Counted from the stretch's first letter, positions 1 to 9,962 are shown. The stretch: 64,000 nucleotides of DNA from Calditrichales bacterium (GCA_965267575.1 OZ254086.1:448001-512000); one strand, 5' to 3'. The notes: a model not told the origin generated them from the letters alone. Program-made: numbers and translations.

Positions 1-3000
1 TGCACGGCCTGGCCGATGGTCCCAAAAGGATTGGAAATTGTACCGTCACCGTCCTGCTGACCGGCTTCAACATAAAGTATGCTCTGGGGACGTGAAGCAT
101 TTTCAAAAAGCTGCCAGGAGGTCTGCCCCTGGTTATTGCTGTAAATCAAAATGTCCAGGTCATCGTCGCCGTCAAAATCGGCTGCCACTATTTTTTGCGG
201 GGCCAGGGCGGTATTAAGTGTTTGCGTGGAGAAAGATCCATCCGCGTTACTAAGCAGAAGTTCAATGGTGTTGTTATCCAGGCCGGTCAGGATATCGGCA
301 CGACCGTCGGAGCTTATGTCGGCGGATTCCAGCGCGATCACATTGGCACCAAAGCTGCCACCGTCAAAGGTTTCAATCAATGCGCCTTCTTCATCCACAT
401 TATAGCCCTTCAGCAAGTCATTGCCGCCGTTGTTGCCGGCAATAATTATTTCTCTCCGATTGCTGAAAACGTCACTTTCCGCAATATTGGCGCTGATCAT
501 TTTTTTCTGCGTCGCCAGACCGCCGGGCATGGGAAAATCCAGCTCGTATGAACCCTTGCGATTATGGATTAAAGCCAGCGTGCCGGGCCCGTCACCGCGG
601 GTGCTCACCAGGTCAAACAGTCCGTCGCCATCCCAATCCAGGCTGGCCAGGGCGTCGGCATTACCATTCAACGCGTCGGCCACAAAAGTATCCAGACTAT
701 AGCCGCCCTCGCTGCTGCCAAAAGCGAGATCAAACTGGCGGAAGCTGCCGAAATCGCGCAACAGCGCAAAATCGACAATGCCGTCATTGTTAAAATCGGC
801 AATATACACATCACGCAACGTAGAACCGCCACCGAGGGCGCGGGTAAACAGAGGCGAAGCGGCAAACCCGCTCAGCGGGTCATAGCGGTAGGCGCGCATC
901 TCATTGTCGCGCAATAAAACAGCCTCCATCGCTCCGTCATTGTCCAGATCGACGCTGCGCAGCATGGTGTATGCTTCGGTCAGGTTAAGTGCGTCAAGCG
1001 ATTGAAAGCCGCTGTCGGTCCGTTTATAGGCCTGCAGCGAGTTGGGTTCCAGCGCCAGCAGCTCCACTTGCGCATCTTCATCGAGATTGGCTGTGGCATA
1101 TTGTCGGGTGCCGCTGAGACCGGAACTCTGATCGACCGGGGCAAATCCGCCACTGCCGCGGAAAGCGCCGCGGTTAAGGCTCCAGCTGTAACCGTTTATA
1201 AAACTGGCACCCTCCGCCGTCTTAACCGAATCCGTCAGCGTCAGCTCGATGGTTTCGCCGGCTGCAAAGGCTTTTTGCCCCTCAATGTACAGAATGTCTT
1301 TCTGATCATCATAGCTCAGGTCTACCGCACTTTGCCCGCTCAGACGTCCGCGCATAAAAACACTGCCATCATTTAAGGTCGCCGGATTCATCTTCTGTTG
1401 AAAAAGAACACGTAGCGGCACGTTGGCGCCCAGGTCATAGCGGTTTGGTCGCGGATCAACCAGCACCAGCGTGTCTTCAGCCCCGAACAATAAGCCCAGT
1501 GAAAAAACGGCATTTTGAAAGCTGTCAACCGTCGTACTGAAGGCGTTTCCCTCGCTTCCAAACTGAGTGGTACTAACCTCATTCCAATTACCGTTCAGCC
1601 GAAAAACAGTGATATTTTCAGCCACCGGATTGCCCAGCCTGTCCAGTTCCGAACCGTCCAGGAAAAAGGTCAGCTCACTGCCATCAGGATCAAATCCGAC
1701 GCCATCCATGCCGAACTGGTAATACTTGGGCAAATGGTCCTTTCCAGGAATGCTGAAATTGCTGTCAGGGTCAACGGTGAACGTAAACAGGCTGTCGCCG
1801 CGCGGCGAAAAAAAGCCGTCCTGCTGGGCCGACCGGATAAAGCCGTCGGCAAACCACAGCTTTTGCTGCCCGGCAAAAAGCTTCTGACTGATTTCCACAG
1901 GCTCGCTGGCAAAATTTGTCCAGGAATTATTTATGCTCGGTATATCAAGCTGATTACCGACCAGCGTCTGATCCGTGGATCCCCAGTAATTGTTTTCCAG
2001 CCGCAAGCTGCTGATGGACAGTTCTGAAAAAATATTATTCAACCCGTTGCGGGCGCGGTTATGAAAGAGGTTGTTTTGCGTACCGGAGCCACCACCCAGC
2101 GAGAAAGAGTTGGCGCCGTTAATATAAATAGCTCCGCCCTCGTCCGCGGCAGAGTTTCCGCTGATCTGGTTTGACCAGACATTAATCGCCGCCGTGCCCA
2201 TGGTTGAAAAGGCAAATGCCCCGCCATGCTGCCCGGCGCGGTTGGCCAGTACGATGTTATCGGAGAGGATCAACGGTGAGGTTTGCATAGCGTAAACGGC
2301 CGCCCCGTCCAGTTGCGCTTCGTTTTCTGCAAAAACATTATCGCGGAATTGCGTAAAGGACGAGAGTGCATTTCCGTTATAGTACAAAGCCCCGCCCGAG
2401 GCGCCGGCGGAATTGCCGGCAAAAACATTATTGGCATAGGTATGATTGATATCTGTCTCAATACTCTGCGAGAGTATTTGCACAGCACCGCCGTCCTGGG
2501 CGCTGTTACCGTAAAAGCGGTTTTTGTCCACAAGTACGTCAAAGCAGTTTTTTAAGGCGATTGCGCCACCGCCAAGGGCCGCATTGTTGCCGGAAAAGTA
2601 GTTATTCTCCACGAGGATCGTGGCGTTCTCAGCAAAAATTGCTGCACCGCTTTGAGCGCTGTTGGAAAGAAAAAAGCTGTTGCGTATGCTGCTTCGTGCC
2701 ACCGAGCCGAAATAATAAACAGCCCCGCCTTCTGCGCCCGGATTGTTGTTGTTTTCAAAACGGCAGCCGTCGATCAGCAGGTCACCATCCGATGAAAAAT
2801 CGCAGTAAACGCCCGGACCGTCAACACCATTGGCGTGTGAAATTTTCAGATCTTTCAGCTCGATCAGTGCGGCGGGAGCGCCATCCTGGCCATTGGCCAA
2901 CGGAATATTAAAGATATCGATGGCTGGACCTGCCGCCGGTGCTTCAATCAGAGCGCTGTCACCAATAGCCGCGTCGGCCGAGATTAAAGCACGGGGCCCG

Positions 3001-3248
3001 GTGAGGGCGGCATTGATCTGGATATTCTCGCTGTAGGTACCGCCGCGCAGCCACAGCGTGTCGGCGTTGCTCTGACCCAGCGCAAAACCGATGGTCTGAT
3101 AAGGGTTAAGTTGCGTGCCGTCGCCGGTCTCGTCATCGCCCGAAGGGCTGACCCAAACGCTGCCGGCTAAGAGCGGAGTAAATCCGTTCACTCCAATAAG
3201 GCAGATGCATCCAAGCAAGAGACGGCAAAGTAATGATTTCATATGCAT
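1..3248 (-). CDS. Large secreted modular protein, truncated at window edge: DUF1565/beta-helix region, Ig-like domain, FG-GAP/VCBS repeats, start of a second DUF1565-like module
   Basis: Absent from the ORF track because it has no stop in the window. Hand translation gives MHMKSLLCRLLLGCICLIG...VWVSPSGDDETGDGTQLNPYQTI after SD AGGAAAGG. It also shows GGA(I/V/L) repeats, FG-GAP motifs DLDNDG, DFNNDG, DWDGDG and DFDGDDDLD, and LYVEAGQQDGDGTISNPFGTI in the same frame at the window edge. Not every codon was checked. Confidence 0.85.
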   Translation of the reverse strand, partial: MHMKSLLCRLLLGCICLIGVNGFTPLLAGSVWVSPSGDDETGDGTQLNPYQTIGFALGQSNADTLWLRGGTYSENIQINAALTGPRALISADAAIGDSALIEAPAAGPAIDIFNIPLANGQDGAPAALIELKDLKISHANGVDGPGVYCDFSSDGDLLIDGCRFENNNNPGAEGGAVYYFGSVARSSIRNSFFLSNSAQSGAAIFAENATILVENNYFSGNNAALGGGAIALKNCFDVLVDKNRFYGNSAQDGGAVQILSQSIETDINHTYANNVFAGNSAGASGGALYYNGNALSSFTQFRDNVFAENEAQLDGAAVYAMQTSPLILSDNIVLANRAGQHGGAFAFSTMGTAAINVWSNQISGNSAADEGGAIYINGANSFSLGGGSGTQNNLFHNRARNGLNNIFSELSISSLRLENNYWGSTDQTLVGNQLDIPSINNSWTNFASEPVEISQKLFAGQQKLWFADGFIRSAQQDGFFSPRGDSLFTFTVDPDSNFSIPGKDHLPKYYQFGMDGVGFDPDGSELTFFLDGSELDRLGNPVAENITVFRLNGNWNEVSTTQFGSEGNAFSTTVDSFQNAVFSLGLLFGAEDTLVLVDPRPNRYDLGANVPLRVLFQQKMNPATLNDGSVFMRGRLSGQSAVDLSYDDQKDILYIEGQKAFAAGETIELTLTDSVKTAEGASFINGYSWSLNRGAFRGSGGFAPVDQSSGLSGTRQYATANLDEDAQVELLALEPNSLQAYKRTDSGFQSLDALNLTEAYTMLRSVDLDNDGAMEAVLLRDNEMRAYRYDPLSGFAASPLFTRALGGGSTLRDVYIADFNNDGIVDFALLRDFGSFRQFDLAFGSSEGGYSLDTFVADALNGNADALASLDWDGDGLFDLVSTRGDGPGTLALIHNRKGSYELDFPMPGGLATQKKMISANIAESDVFSNRREIIIAGNNGGNDLLKGYNVDEEGALIETFDGGSFGANVIALESADISSDGRADILTGLDNNTIELLLSNADGSFSTQTLNTALAPQKIVAADFDGDDDLDILIYSNNQGQTSWQLFENASRPQSILYVEAGQQDGDGTISNPFGTIGQAV

Positions 3249-3394
3249 TGCCTTTCCTGGACTATGTCTATGGTAAACAACCTATTATGGAAGATTCCGG
3301 CTTCGCGCTCAATGACGGTTATCACAGTGTTTGTAAGGCCTTGAAGGGGACCGGAAATAAAACAAAATTATGTTATGGAAGCTGTGCAGATTCT

Positions 3395-4132
3395 TTACAG
3401 AATGTTACGGTATATGGTGTACATTTTCCAGATATTGTCAACATAGTTGATAGTTTCATTATAGCCGTAAAAATAGCCGTACCGTGGTTTGCCTTCGGGC
3501 CAGACCTGCAGATGCAGTTGCCAGTCGCTGCGTTTGAGCATGCTGAGATAGGGCTTAACGGTGCCCCAGCGGTTCAGTGGCTGACGGTTGTAATCGGCAA
3601 TAGCCTGGGCATCCAGCACGCGGCCAACGCCGGCATTGTAGCTGGCCAGCGCCAGGCGCGTCCGTTCGGACCATGTCGCGTCAGGGAAATAGCGCATTTG
3701 TTTGTTAAGGTGGTAAATACCGGCCGTAATATTTTCGCGGGGATTTTTCATGATATACTGGATATCCAGTTCACGGCTGATCTCGCGGGCCGTATAAGGC
3801 ATCAGTTGCATCAGGCCGCGGGCACCGGCATGGCTGCGCGCCTTTTCGCGGAAACCCGATTCCTGAACAATCTGTGCCGCTATCAGACGCCAGTCAAACC
3901 CGTAACGTTTAGCGTATTTTTTTATGATCGGCTTATATTTCTTAATGGACCGGCCCAGGTTGCTGCTGTATAGCTCGTGGCGAAGATTGTCGTACCTGCG
4001 CTTGTCCGCCAGGCGCTTCTCCACCTGAAGCAGCAGGCTGTCTTTCTCCCCGCCCGAAACCATCCCTTCCGGGGGCTTCACCTTGCACGCGCCAAGCATT
4101 ACGGCGCAGATAAGAATTAAGACTATTCTCAT
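3395..4132 (-). CDS. Lytic transglycosylase (SLT domain, MltF-like), probable lipoprotein
   Basis: IVQESGF, GARGLMQLMP and ALASYNAG motifs; lipobox LGAC. Confidence 0.9.
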   Translation of the reverse strand: MRIVLILICAVMLGACKVKPPEGMVSGGEKDSLLLQVEKRLADKRRYDNLRHELYSSNLGRSIKKYKPIIKKYAKRYGFDWRLIAAQIVQESGFREKARSHAGARGLMQLMPYTAREISRELDIQYIMKNPRENITAGIYHLNKQMRYFPDATWSERTRLALASYNAGVGRVLDAQAIADYNRQPLNRWGTVKPYLSMLKRSDWQLHLQVWPEGKPRYGYFYGYNETINYVDNIWKMYTIYRNIL

Positions 4133-4372
4133 TTAGTTCAGACTCATTCCAATAATCAAACCAACGATCAAACCGATCATTATAAAAATGCCCGAGACAA
4201 CAACACCAACGGCCAGATTGCCTTTTTCCAGTTCGTTGGGGATATCAAAACGGGTCGCCCTGTTTACCAGCTTATATGTTGATATCGACGCAATTATTCC
4301 GATTATTACGCCCAGTACCGCGTAAATAAAATTGCGAATCATTATAAAATCGAGCCAATCCATCTCCATCAT
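4133..4372 (-). CDS. DUF350-family small membrane protein
   Basis: Two hydrophobic segments around FDIPNELEKGNLAVGVV. Confidence 0.75.
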   Translation of the reverse strand: MMEMDWLDFIMIRNFIYAVLGVIIGIIASISTYKLVNRATRFDIPNELEKGNLAVGVVVSGIFIMIGLIVGLIIGMSLN

Positions 4373-4408
4373 GCGTCCCCTGATTTTTGAATTATAAGAG
4401 AATGCAGT

Positions 4409-5698
4409 TTAGTTATTTTTGATTTTCTTGTCAATTTGTCCGCCCGGAATATGACCCAGCGGACAGCCCGCGCAACCGCCCAGGCGACAGTGATAACGAT
4501 TGAGCTGCAAAAAGGCCTGGCCATGATGAAAAGCACGGTAGAGTTTTTCATATTGCGCCATCCAGCCGGCATCGCGCAGCTCGGCGTAAGCGGGACGCCC
4601 CGGCAGCCACAGATATAATGCTTTTAAATAGTCTTCGAAACCTTTACTGCCCCGGGCGCGGGCACGGGCCATAAAAAGCGGTATCCAGACATTGGCTAAG
4701 ATTTCCGTAAAACGCCCCCGGCCGATAATGCTCCGCTGACCGGACGCGCCCCGCAGCAAGCCGGCCCGTTCCAGAAACGGCGGCGGCTCAAGGGCCATGT
4801 GGCTGTACAGGGACTTAAAAAGCTCACCATAGGCCATGCGCGCTTCCAACCCTCTTAGAACAGCGTGGTAAAGACCATCAAGGCCATACATGGCCGTCCA
4901 GGTAATCCAGCAGGCTAGCCGGCGCAAGGGATGATTGTGCGGCCTCTGGGCGGCAAAAACCCAGTCGTCAGAACTGAGCGATCCCTGGGTTAAATACGAA
5001 CGGGCGGAGCGGTAGCGCCGGCGCAAAAGGGTTTTACAGGCACCGGAAGGCAGCTGTTCCAGCAAACCGGCCTGCCCAAGATAGAGGGCGGCTGCCGGCG
5101 CCGGCCCGGTGGCAGTGCGCACGGTATAGGCGGGAACGGCGCGGGCCAGACGGGCAAAGGCCTGCGTATTGGATGGAAACCCCAAAGCAGCCAGTGTTTT
5201 TTCATAAAAGAGTTGTTGCGGCCGGCTGCCGCAAAGCCCTTCGCTAAAATCGCGGATACGCCAGTGCAAACGCTGCAGGGCCAGCTTTTCCAGGCGGGAG
5301 CCGGTTTGCGCGGAACCCGGCGCAAAACGCGGTGTGCAGGAACGTACCGGCTGCATCGCCGAAAGCGGCAAAGCAAAACTGGGAATCGATCGTTTTGAGC
5401 CCTGGTGGTAGACCGGCTCTTCATTTTCGCCGGGCCCCACAATGTGCAACACAACATGACGATAGTGCCCGTCCAGGTGGTGGCCGTGGCTGTACCATTC
5501 GCGGGTGCGGCGGTGCATTTCCACCTGACCCACGTAGCGGATGCCGTCCAGCTCAAAACTGGCGTCGCTGAAATCCGGACCGTTCTGGCGGTTGAGCGCA
5601 CCCGGATGAAGGATGCGCAGCGTACGCGGACCGCTCTTCAACAGGGTGGATTGGCGTGCGTGTGCAAGCCAGGCACCGTAAAGTTGTTCTTCTTGCAC
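4409..5698 (-). CDS. DUF2851-family protein
   Basis: HPGALN..GPDF..GQVEMH..W..HGH..D..Y..VVLH N-terminus; RPHNHP; C-terminal C-x4-C-x2-C. Confidence 0.8.
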   Translation of the reverse strand: MQEEQLYGAWLAHARQSTLLKSGPRTLRILHPGALNRQNGPDFSDASFELDGIRYVGQVEMHRRTREWYSHGHHLDGHYRHVVLHIVGPGENEEPVYHQGSKRSIPSFALPLSAMQPVRSCTPRFAPGSAQTGSRLEKLALQRLHWRIRDFSEGLCGSRPQQLFYEKTLAALGFPSNTQAFARLARAVPAYTVRTATGPAPAAALYLGQAGLLEQLPSGACKTLLRRRYRSARSYLTQGSLSSDDWVFAAQRPHNHPLRRLACWITWTAMYGLDGLYHAVLRGLEARMAYGELFKSLYSHMALEPPPFLERAGLLRGASGQRSIIGRGRFTEILANVWIPLFMARARARGSKGFEDYLKALYLWLPGRPAYAELRDAGWMAQYEKLYRAFHHGQAFLQLNRYHCRLGGCAGCPLGHIPGGQIDKKIKNN

Positions 5699-5761
5699 TA
5701 TTTTTAACCGGCTTGTATATTCCGTTCAAAATAAACAATAACAATCGCGATAATATAACAT

Positions 5762-6139
5762 ATGGATTACCGCATTTCAAACACAATAGACGCGCAGCAT
5801 GTGATCGCGGCACGCATAGACCGTTTGCGCGAAGAGAAGGGCATGACGCAGCTGCAACTGGCCCGGGCGTTGAATATCAGTCAGCCCGCGGTGAGCAAAT
5901 ACCTGGCCGACCGCCTGCCCCCGGCTGATGTGTTATGGAAGCTGGCAAAACTGGGTGATACGACGATAGAATGGTTGCTGACAGGCCGGCATACGCACAT
6001 CGGGGACGGAACCGCGGAACCTGCAAGCCCATACGGCAATGATCCCGATCTGCGGCTGGCGCGACGCATCAGCGCCCTGCCCGCCCCGTTGAAGCAGGCC
6101 TTTGTAACGCTGCTAAATGCTTTCGATCAGCGCGGGTAA
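5762..6139 (+). CDS. XRE-family helix-turn-helix regulator
   Basis: LREEKGMTQLQLARALNISQPAVSKY and EWLLTG. Confidence 0.9.
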   Translation: MDYRISNTIDAQHVIAARIDRLREEKGMTQLQLARALNISQPAVSKYLADRLPPADVLWKLAKLGDTTIEWLLTGRHTHIGDGTAEPASPYGNDPDLRLARRISALPAPLKQAFVTLLNAFDQRG

Positions 6140-6594
6140 CGTCGGGCGCCTGCATAATGCTCGGTGTAATACTCTTCTTCCAGCTTTGAGATGATAACGC
6201 CGTTGCTGCTGGAAGCGTGGGCAAACCTCCCGGCCCCGAGATAAATCCCGACATGGTCAATACCGCGGCCGCGTATATTGCGGAAAAACAGAAGATCGCC
6301 GCATTGCAGCCAGCCGCCGCGCACCCACGACCCCGAACCATACTGCTGCTCCGTGGTGCGGGGCAATTGAAAACCATAAACGTCGCCATAAACGATCTGC
6401 ACAAAAGCGGAGCAATCCAGACCGTCCCGGTCATTTCCGCCATAACGATAAGGTGTGCCCAACCAGTGGCTGACGGCCTGCTCGAGGAGGCGGCATTCGT
6501 CGCGCGGGGTTTCGTTAAAACTGCGCCGCGGGGAAGATGCGGCACAGGAATAAAGGATAAAAAATACAGCAAACAGCGAAAACGATCTTACCAT
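6127..6594 (-). CDS. NlpC/P60 (C40) peptidase lipoprotein
   Basis: GTPYRYGG, GLDCSAFV, HVGIY, FAHASS; lipobox LYSC. Confidence 0.93.
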   Translation of the reverse strand: MVRSFSLFAVFFILYSCAASSPRRSFNETPRDECRLLEQAVSHWLGTPYRYGGNDRDGLDCSAFVQIVYGDVYGFQLPRTTEQQYGSGSWVRGGWLQCGDLLFFRNIRGRGIDHVGIYLGAGRFAHASSSNGVIISKLEEEYYTEHYAGARRYPR

Positions 6595-7529
6595 TGCCTG
6601 CCGCGGATAGAATTGCTTAACTCACGAAGCGCATCCGTATAGCTGTTGGCTTCCAGCGTATCCAGCATTTCGAACGCTTTGTTAAAATAGTCATCCGTCA
6701 GGCTATGCACCTTTTGCAAAACACCCTCTTCTTTTAGCGCTTCACGATAGCCTTTAAAGTCCAGCGCGTTAAATTCTTTTTCCGGCAGCTTTTCTTTCAA
6801 CATAATAGTCAGGATGGTCTGTTTCTGCATTTCAAAATCGCTGCCCACTTTTTTGCCCAGCGCCTGCTCATCGGCGGTAATATCGAGAATATCGTCCTGC
6901 ACCTGGAAGCCCATGCCCAGCGCGTAGCCGAAAGCTTTCATATTCTCCACCGTTTTCTCATCGGCGCCGGCGATACGCGCACCCAGCTCACAGGAAAGCC
7001 GGATCAGCGCCGCCGTCTTGCGATCGATCATATCCAGATAGGCCGGGGCGCTCACGCTCTGCTGCTGTTCAAACATTTTGTCCAGCGCCTGGCCTTCGCA
7101 AATTATGATCATCGCCTCGGTGAAGCGCCGCGCCAGCAGCGCCGTGTCGGTGCCTTCCGTTTGCAGCAGCTTCTGAAAAGCAAAGCCCAGCAACCCGTCT
7201 CCTGCAAGAATCGCCGTACTGTTGTCCCAGCGCGTATGGACGGTGGGCTTGCCGCGGCGCGTATTATCATTATCCATAATATCATCATGGACCAGCGTAA
7301 AGTTATGCAGCAACTCTACGGCGGCGGCGGCGTGGGAGGCTTTATCCGTGTTTCCGCCACAGGCGCCGCAGGAAAGCATAAGCAACAAAGGACGTATTTT
7401 TTTGCCAGCCAGATCCAGCACGTAGCGGATAGGGTCATAAAAAAGCGGCACCTCCTGGAAAGTCTCCAGGTTGCGCATCTCATGGTCGATCTTATTCAGC
7501 AGTTTTTCCGTAAGCTGTTTATCAAGCAT
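6588..7529 (-). CDS. Polyprenyl diphosphate synthase
   Basis: GKKIRP, LVHDDIMD..RRG (FARM) and FQVQDDILD (SARM). Confidence 0.93.
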   Translation of the reverse strand: MLDKQLTEKLLNKIDHEMRNLETFQEVPLFYDPIRYVLDLAGKKIRPLLLMLSCGACGGNTDKASHAAAAVELLHNFTLVHDDIMDNDNTRRGKPTVHTRWDNSTAILAGDGLLGFAFQKLLQTEGTDTALLARRFTEAMIIICEGQALDKMFEQQQSVSAPAYLDMIDRKTAALIRLSCELGARIAGADEKTVENMKAFGYALGMGFQVQDDILDITADEQALGKKVGSDFEMQKQTILTIMLKEKLPEKEFNALDFKGYREALKEEGVLQKVHSLTDDYFNKAFEMLDTLEANSYTDALRELSNSIRGRQW

Positions 7530-7691
7530 ATTACAATCCGTTTTTACTATTTTTACAGGCGCTGAAACAGAACGCCTGTAGACGTTTCAATTTAGCTCGC
7601 CCCCTTTTGCAAATCAATCAAATGGCGTGATTAGCATTTGGCAAAAATTGCCATTCTTCCTAAATTACGTCAAACCATTGGAGGAAAATTA

Positions 7692-8159
7692 ATGCGCCTG
7701 ACTGACCTTTTGCCTGCTGAAAGAGTGCGGATTCCGCTGGAAGCGGATACGCGCGATGAAGCCATCCATGAACTGATTGATGTTCTTGAAGCCCAGGTCA
7801 ACGACAAGGAAGCAGCATATCAGGCGGTGTTGGAACGTGAAAAAATTATGACCACCGGTGTGGGAAACGGCATCGCCATTCCCCATTGCAAACACGCTTC
7901 GTGTCCCAATTTCGCCATCGCCATGGGCGTTTGCAGCGATGAGATCGACTTCAGCTCCATCGACAAAAAACCCGTAAGGATCATTTTTCTGCTTGTCGGC
8001 CCGGAAAACAATCCCGGCTTGCACATAAAACTGCTGAGCCGCATTTCACGGCTGATGAGCAACGAACAGTTGCGGGCACGCATCCTGGAATGTGAAACCC
8101 CCGCCGAAGCCCACAAATTGATTAGGGAGGAAGAAAACAATTTCTTCGAGATCGGTTAA
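7692..8159 (+). CDS. PTS EIIA-type protein (fructose/Ntr family)
   Basis: ERE..MTTGVGNGIAIPH phospho-His motif; start reassigned to the ATG after GAGG. Confidence 0.9.
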   Translation: MRLTDLLPAERVRIPLEADTRDEAIHELIDVLEAQVNDKEAAYQAVLEREKIMTTGVGNGIAIPHCKHASCPNFAIAMGVCSDEIDFSSIDKKPVRIIFLLVGPENNPGLHIKLLSRISRLMSNEQLRARILECETPAEAHKLIREEENNFFEIG

Positions 8160-8175
8160 TTCAAACTCTGTCCTG

Positions 8176-8493
8176 ATGGTGCTTGTGTTAAATAAAGAAG
8201 AGCAACTGGAAGAGTTGATGGAGGTTTTTGTGGAAATGGGTGTGGGCGGAGCCACCATTATCGACAGCATCGGCATGGGACGTATCGTATCTCACGATAT
8301 ACCCATTTTCGCCGGATTCCGCACGCTGATGCAGGACACCCGTCCCGGCAATAAAACCATTTTCACTGTGGTCCATGAAGAGATGCTGGAAGACCTGGTC
8401 GAGGCCGTCGAACAGGTTACGGGTACACTGGACAATCCCGGCAACGGCGTCTTATTTACCATTGCGCTTCACACTGTAAAAGGCATTGCCTGA
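8176..8493 (+). CDS. PII-like (GlnB-fold) protein
   Basis: GATIIDSIGMG and PGNGVLFT motifs typical of PII-like proteins. Confidence 0.75.
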   Translation: MVLVLNKEEQLEELMEVFVEMGVGGATIIDSIGMGRIVSHDIPIFAGFRTLMQDTRPGNKTIFTVVHEEMLEDLVEAVEQVTGTLDNPGNGVLFTIALHTVKGIA

Positions 8494-8501
8494 TCGCTCC
8501 C

Positions 8502-9962
8502 ATGGCACAACTGGAACAAAACAGCAACGTCGGCAACTTTACCATCGTCAGCAAAATAGGTGAAGGCGGTATGGCCGAAATCTACAAAGCCATGCAGCCT
8601 GCGCTAAAACGCCCGGTGGTCATCAAAAAGCTCAAAGACCCCAACCGCGAAATCATTGCCCGCTTTAAAAAAGAAGCCCTGCTCTCGGCCTCCTTCAACC
8701 AGGAAAACGTGCTTTCCATTTACGATTTCATGTATCTCAACCGCTCTTATTACCTGGTTATGGAGTACGTGGACGGGGAAGACCTGCGCACTATCATTGA
8801 TCACGCCTCGCCCATGCCGGTCAGCGTGGCCCTGCTGATGGCTACCGAGATTGCCCGCGGGCTGGAATATACGCACAACCAGAATATCATCCACCGGGAC
8901 ATTAAGCCCAGCAATGTGCTGATCTCTTTTGAAGGCACGGTCAAGCTGATCGATTTTGGCGTGGCCAAAGACGAGGACAACACCCGGCTGACGATGACCG
9001 GCCTGATCGTCGGCACGCCGTCCTATATGTCGCCCGAGCAAGCCCACGGCGACGCGCTTGGTCCGCCCAGCGATATATTCGGCCTAGGGGTATTGCTCTA
9101 TGAAATGCTGACCGGCCTGAAACCTTTTTACGGCTCCAACAATACCGAAGTGCTGGCCCGTGTGGCGCGCGCCAAATATACCCCGCCGGAACGCATCAAC
9201 CCGCGTATACCGCGCCGGGCACGTCGCGTAATCCGCAAAATGCTGCGCCGCGATACGCAAAAGCGCTACCAGGACGCGGCCACGCTGATACGTGATCTGG
9301 AAAAATGCGTGCCCTGGAATATCCGACGCCGCAAGAAAAATGTCATCGCACAGTTTTTAAAAAAGCTGGACAAAAGCAAGCGCACCACCTCCGAAGATAC
9401 CCTGAAGGCGGCCTTTCTGGAGAAAAACCGGGTGTGGGGCTGGCGTGCCATACAGGCAACCATTCTGCTAAGCGCCGTTATTTTACTGGCTTCGGGCTAC
9501 CGCCAGTTTACGCGCCACGAGCTGGGTTACCTGCAGCTTTTTGGCATTAACCCGGAGAACAGGCTGCGTGTAAACGGCGCCTTGCAAAAAGCTTCGGGAA
9601 ACCCGCTGCTCGGACCTTTTTTAAGGGGCGAGCATGAGGTGGAAGTTTATGACGCGATGCAAAACAGCCGCTTCATCGCCCGTATCCCGATAGCGCCGGC
9701 CGATACCAGCGAGCTGAATGTGCGCTTTTCAAGCCGCATCATTCCAACCTCGCTTTCCGTTTCCGTGCTGCCCGAAGACGCCAGCGTGAGGCTGGACAAT
9801 TTCAGCATCGAAAAAGGAGCGCAGCGCATCATCACCCTGCAGCCCGGCTGGCACAATATCGAGATCACGCGGCCGGGTTACGAGACATTCCGTGAACGGC
9901 GCTTTTTTAATGCCGGCGAAAATTACAGCCTGTTTTACAAGCTCTCCAACCCCTCCCGCTGA
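8502..9962 (+). CDS. Membrane Hanks-type Ser/Thr protein kinase with C-terminal PEGA-like domain
   Basis: GEGGMA, HRDIKPSN, DFG, GTPSYMSPE; one hydrophobic segment; PGWHNIEITRPGY PEGA-like motif. Confidence 0.92.
   Translation: MAQLEQNSNVGNFTIVSKIGEGGMAEIYKAMQPALKRPVVIKKLKDPNREIIARFKKEALLSASFNQENVLSIYDFMYLNRSYYLVMEYVDGEDLRTIIDHASPMPVSVALLMATEIARGLEYTHNQNIIHRDIKPSNVLISFEGTVKLIDFGVAKDEDNTRLTMTGLIVGTPSYMSPEQAHGDALGPPSDIFGLGVLLYEMLTGLKPFYGSNNTEVLARVARAKYTPPERINPRIPRRARRVIRKMLRRDTQKRYQDAATLIRDLEKCVPWNIRRRKKNVIAQFLKKLDKSKRTTSEDTLKAAFLEKNRVWGWRAIQATILLSAVILLASGYRQFTRHELGYLQLFGINPENRLRVNGALQKASGNPLLGPFLRGEHEVEVYDAMQNSRFIARIPIAPADTSELNVRFSSRIIPTSLSVSVLPEDASVRLDNFSIEKGAQRIITLQPGWHNIEITRPGYETFRERRFFNAGENYSLFYKLSNPSR

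Noticed and set aside
151-3036. Many short ORFs listed in the track
   Set aside because: They are shadows of the long minus-strand CDS that runs off the window.
3233-3973. 246-aa plus-strand ORF, and similar long antisense ORFs such as 10479-11504, 21227-22054 (alternative frame), 27847-28773 and 45808-46626
   Set aside because: They overlap well-supported genes and have no recognisable motifs.
5762-6594. Prophage remnant suggested by XRE plus NlpC/P60 and the nearby SLT
   Set aside because: No integrase or structural genes. The hydrolases carry lipoboxes and sit in housekeeping operons.
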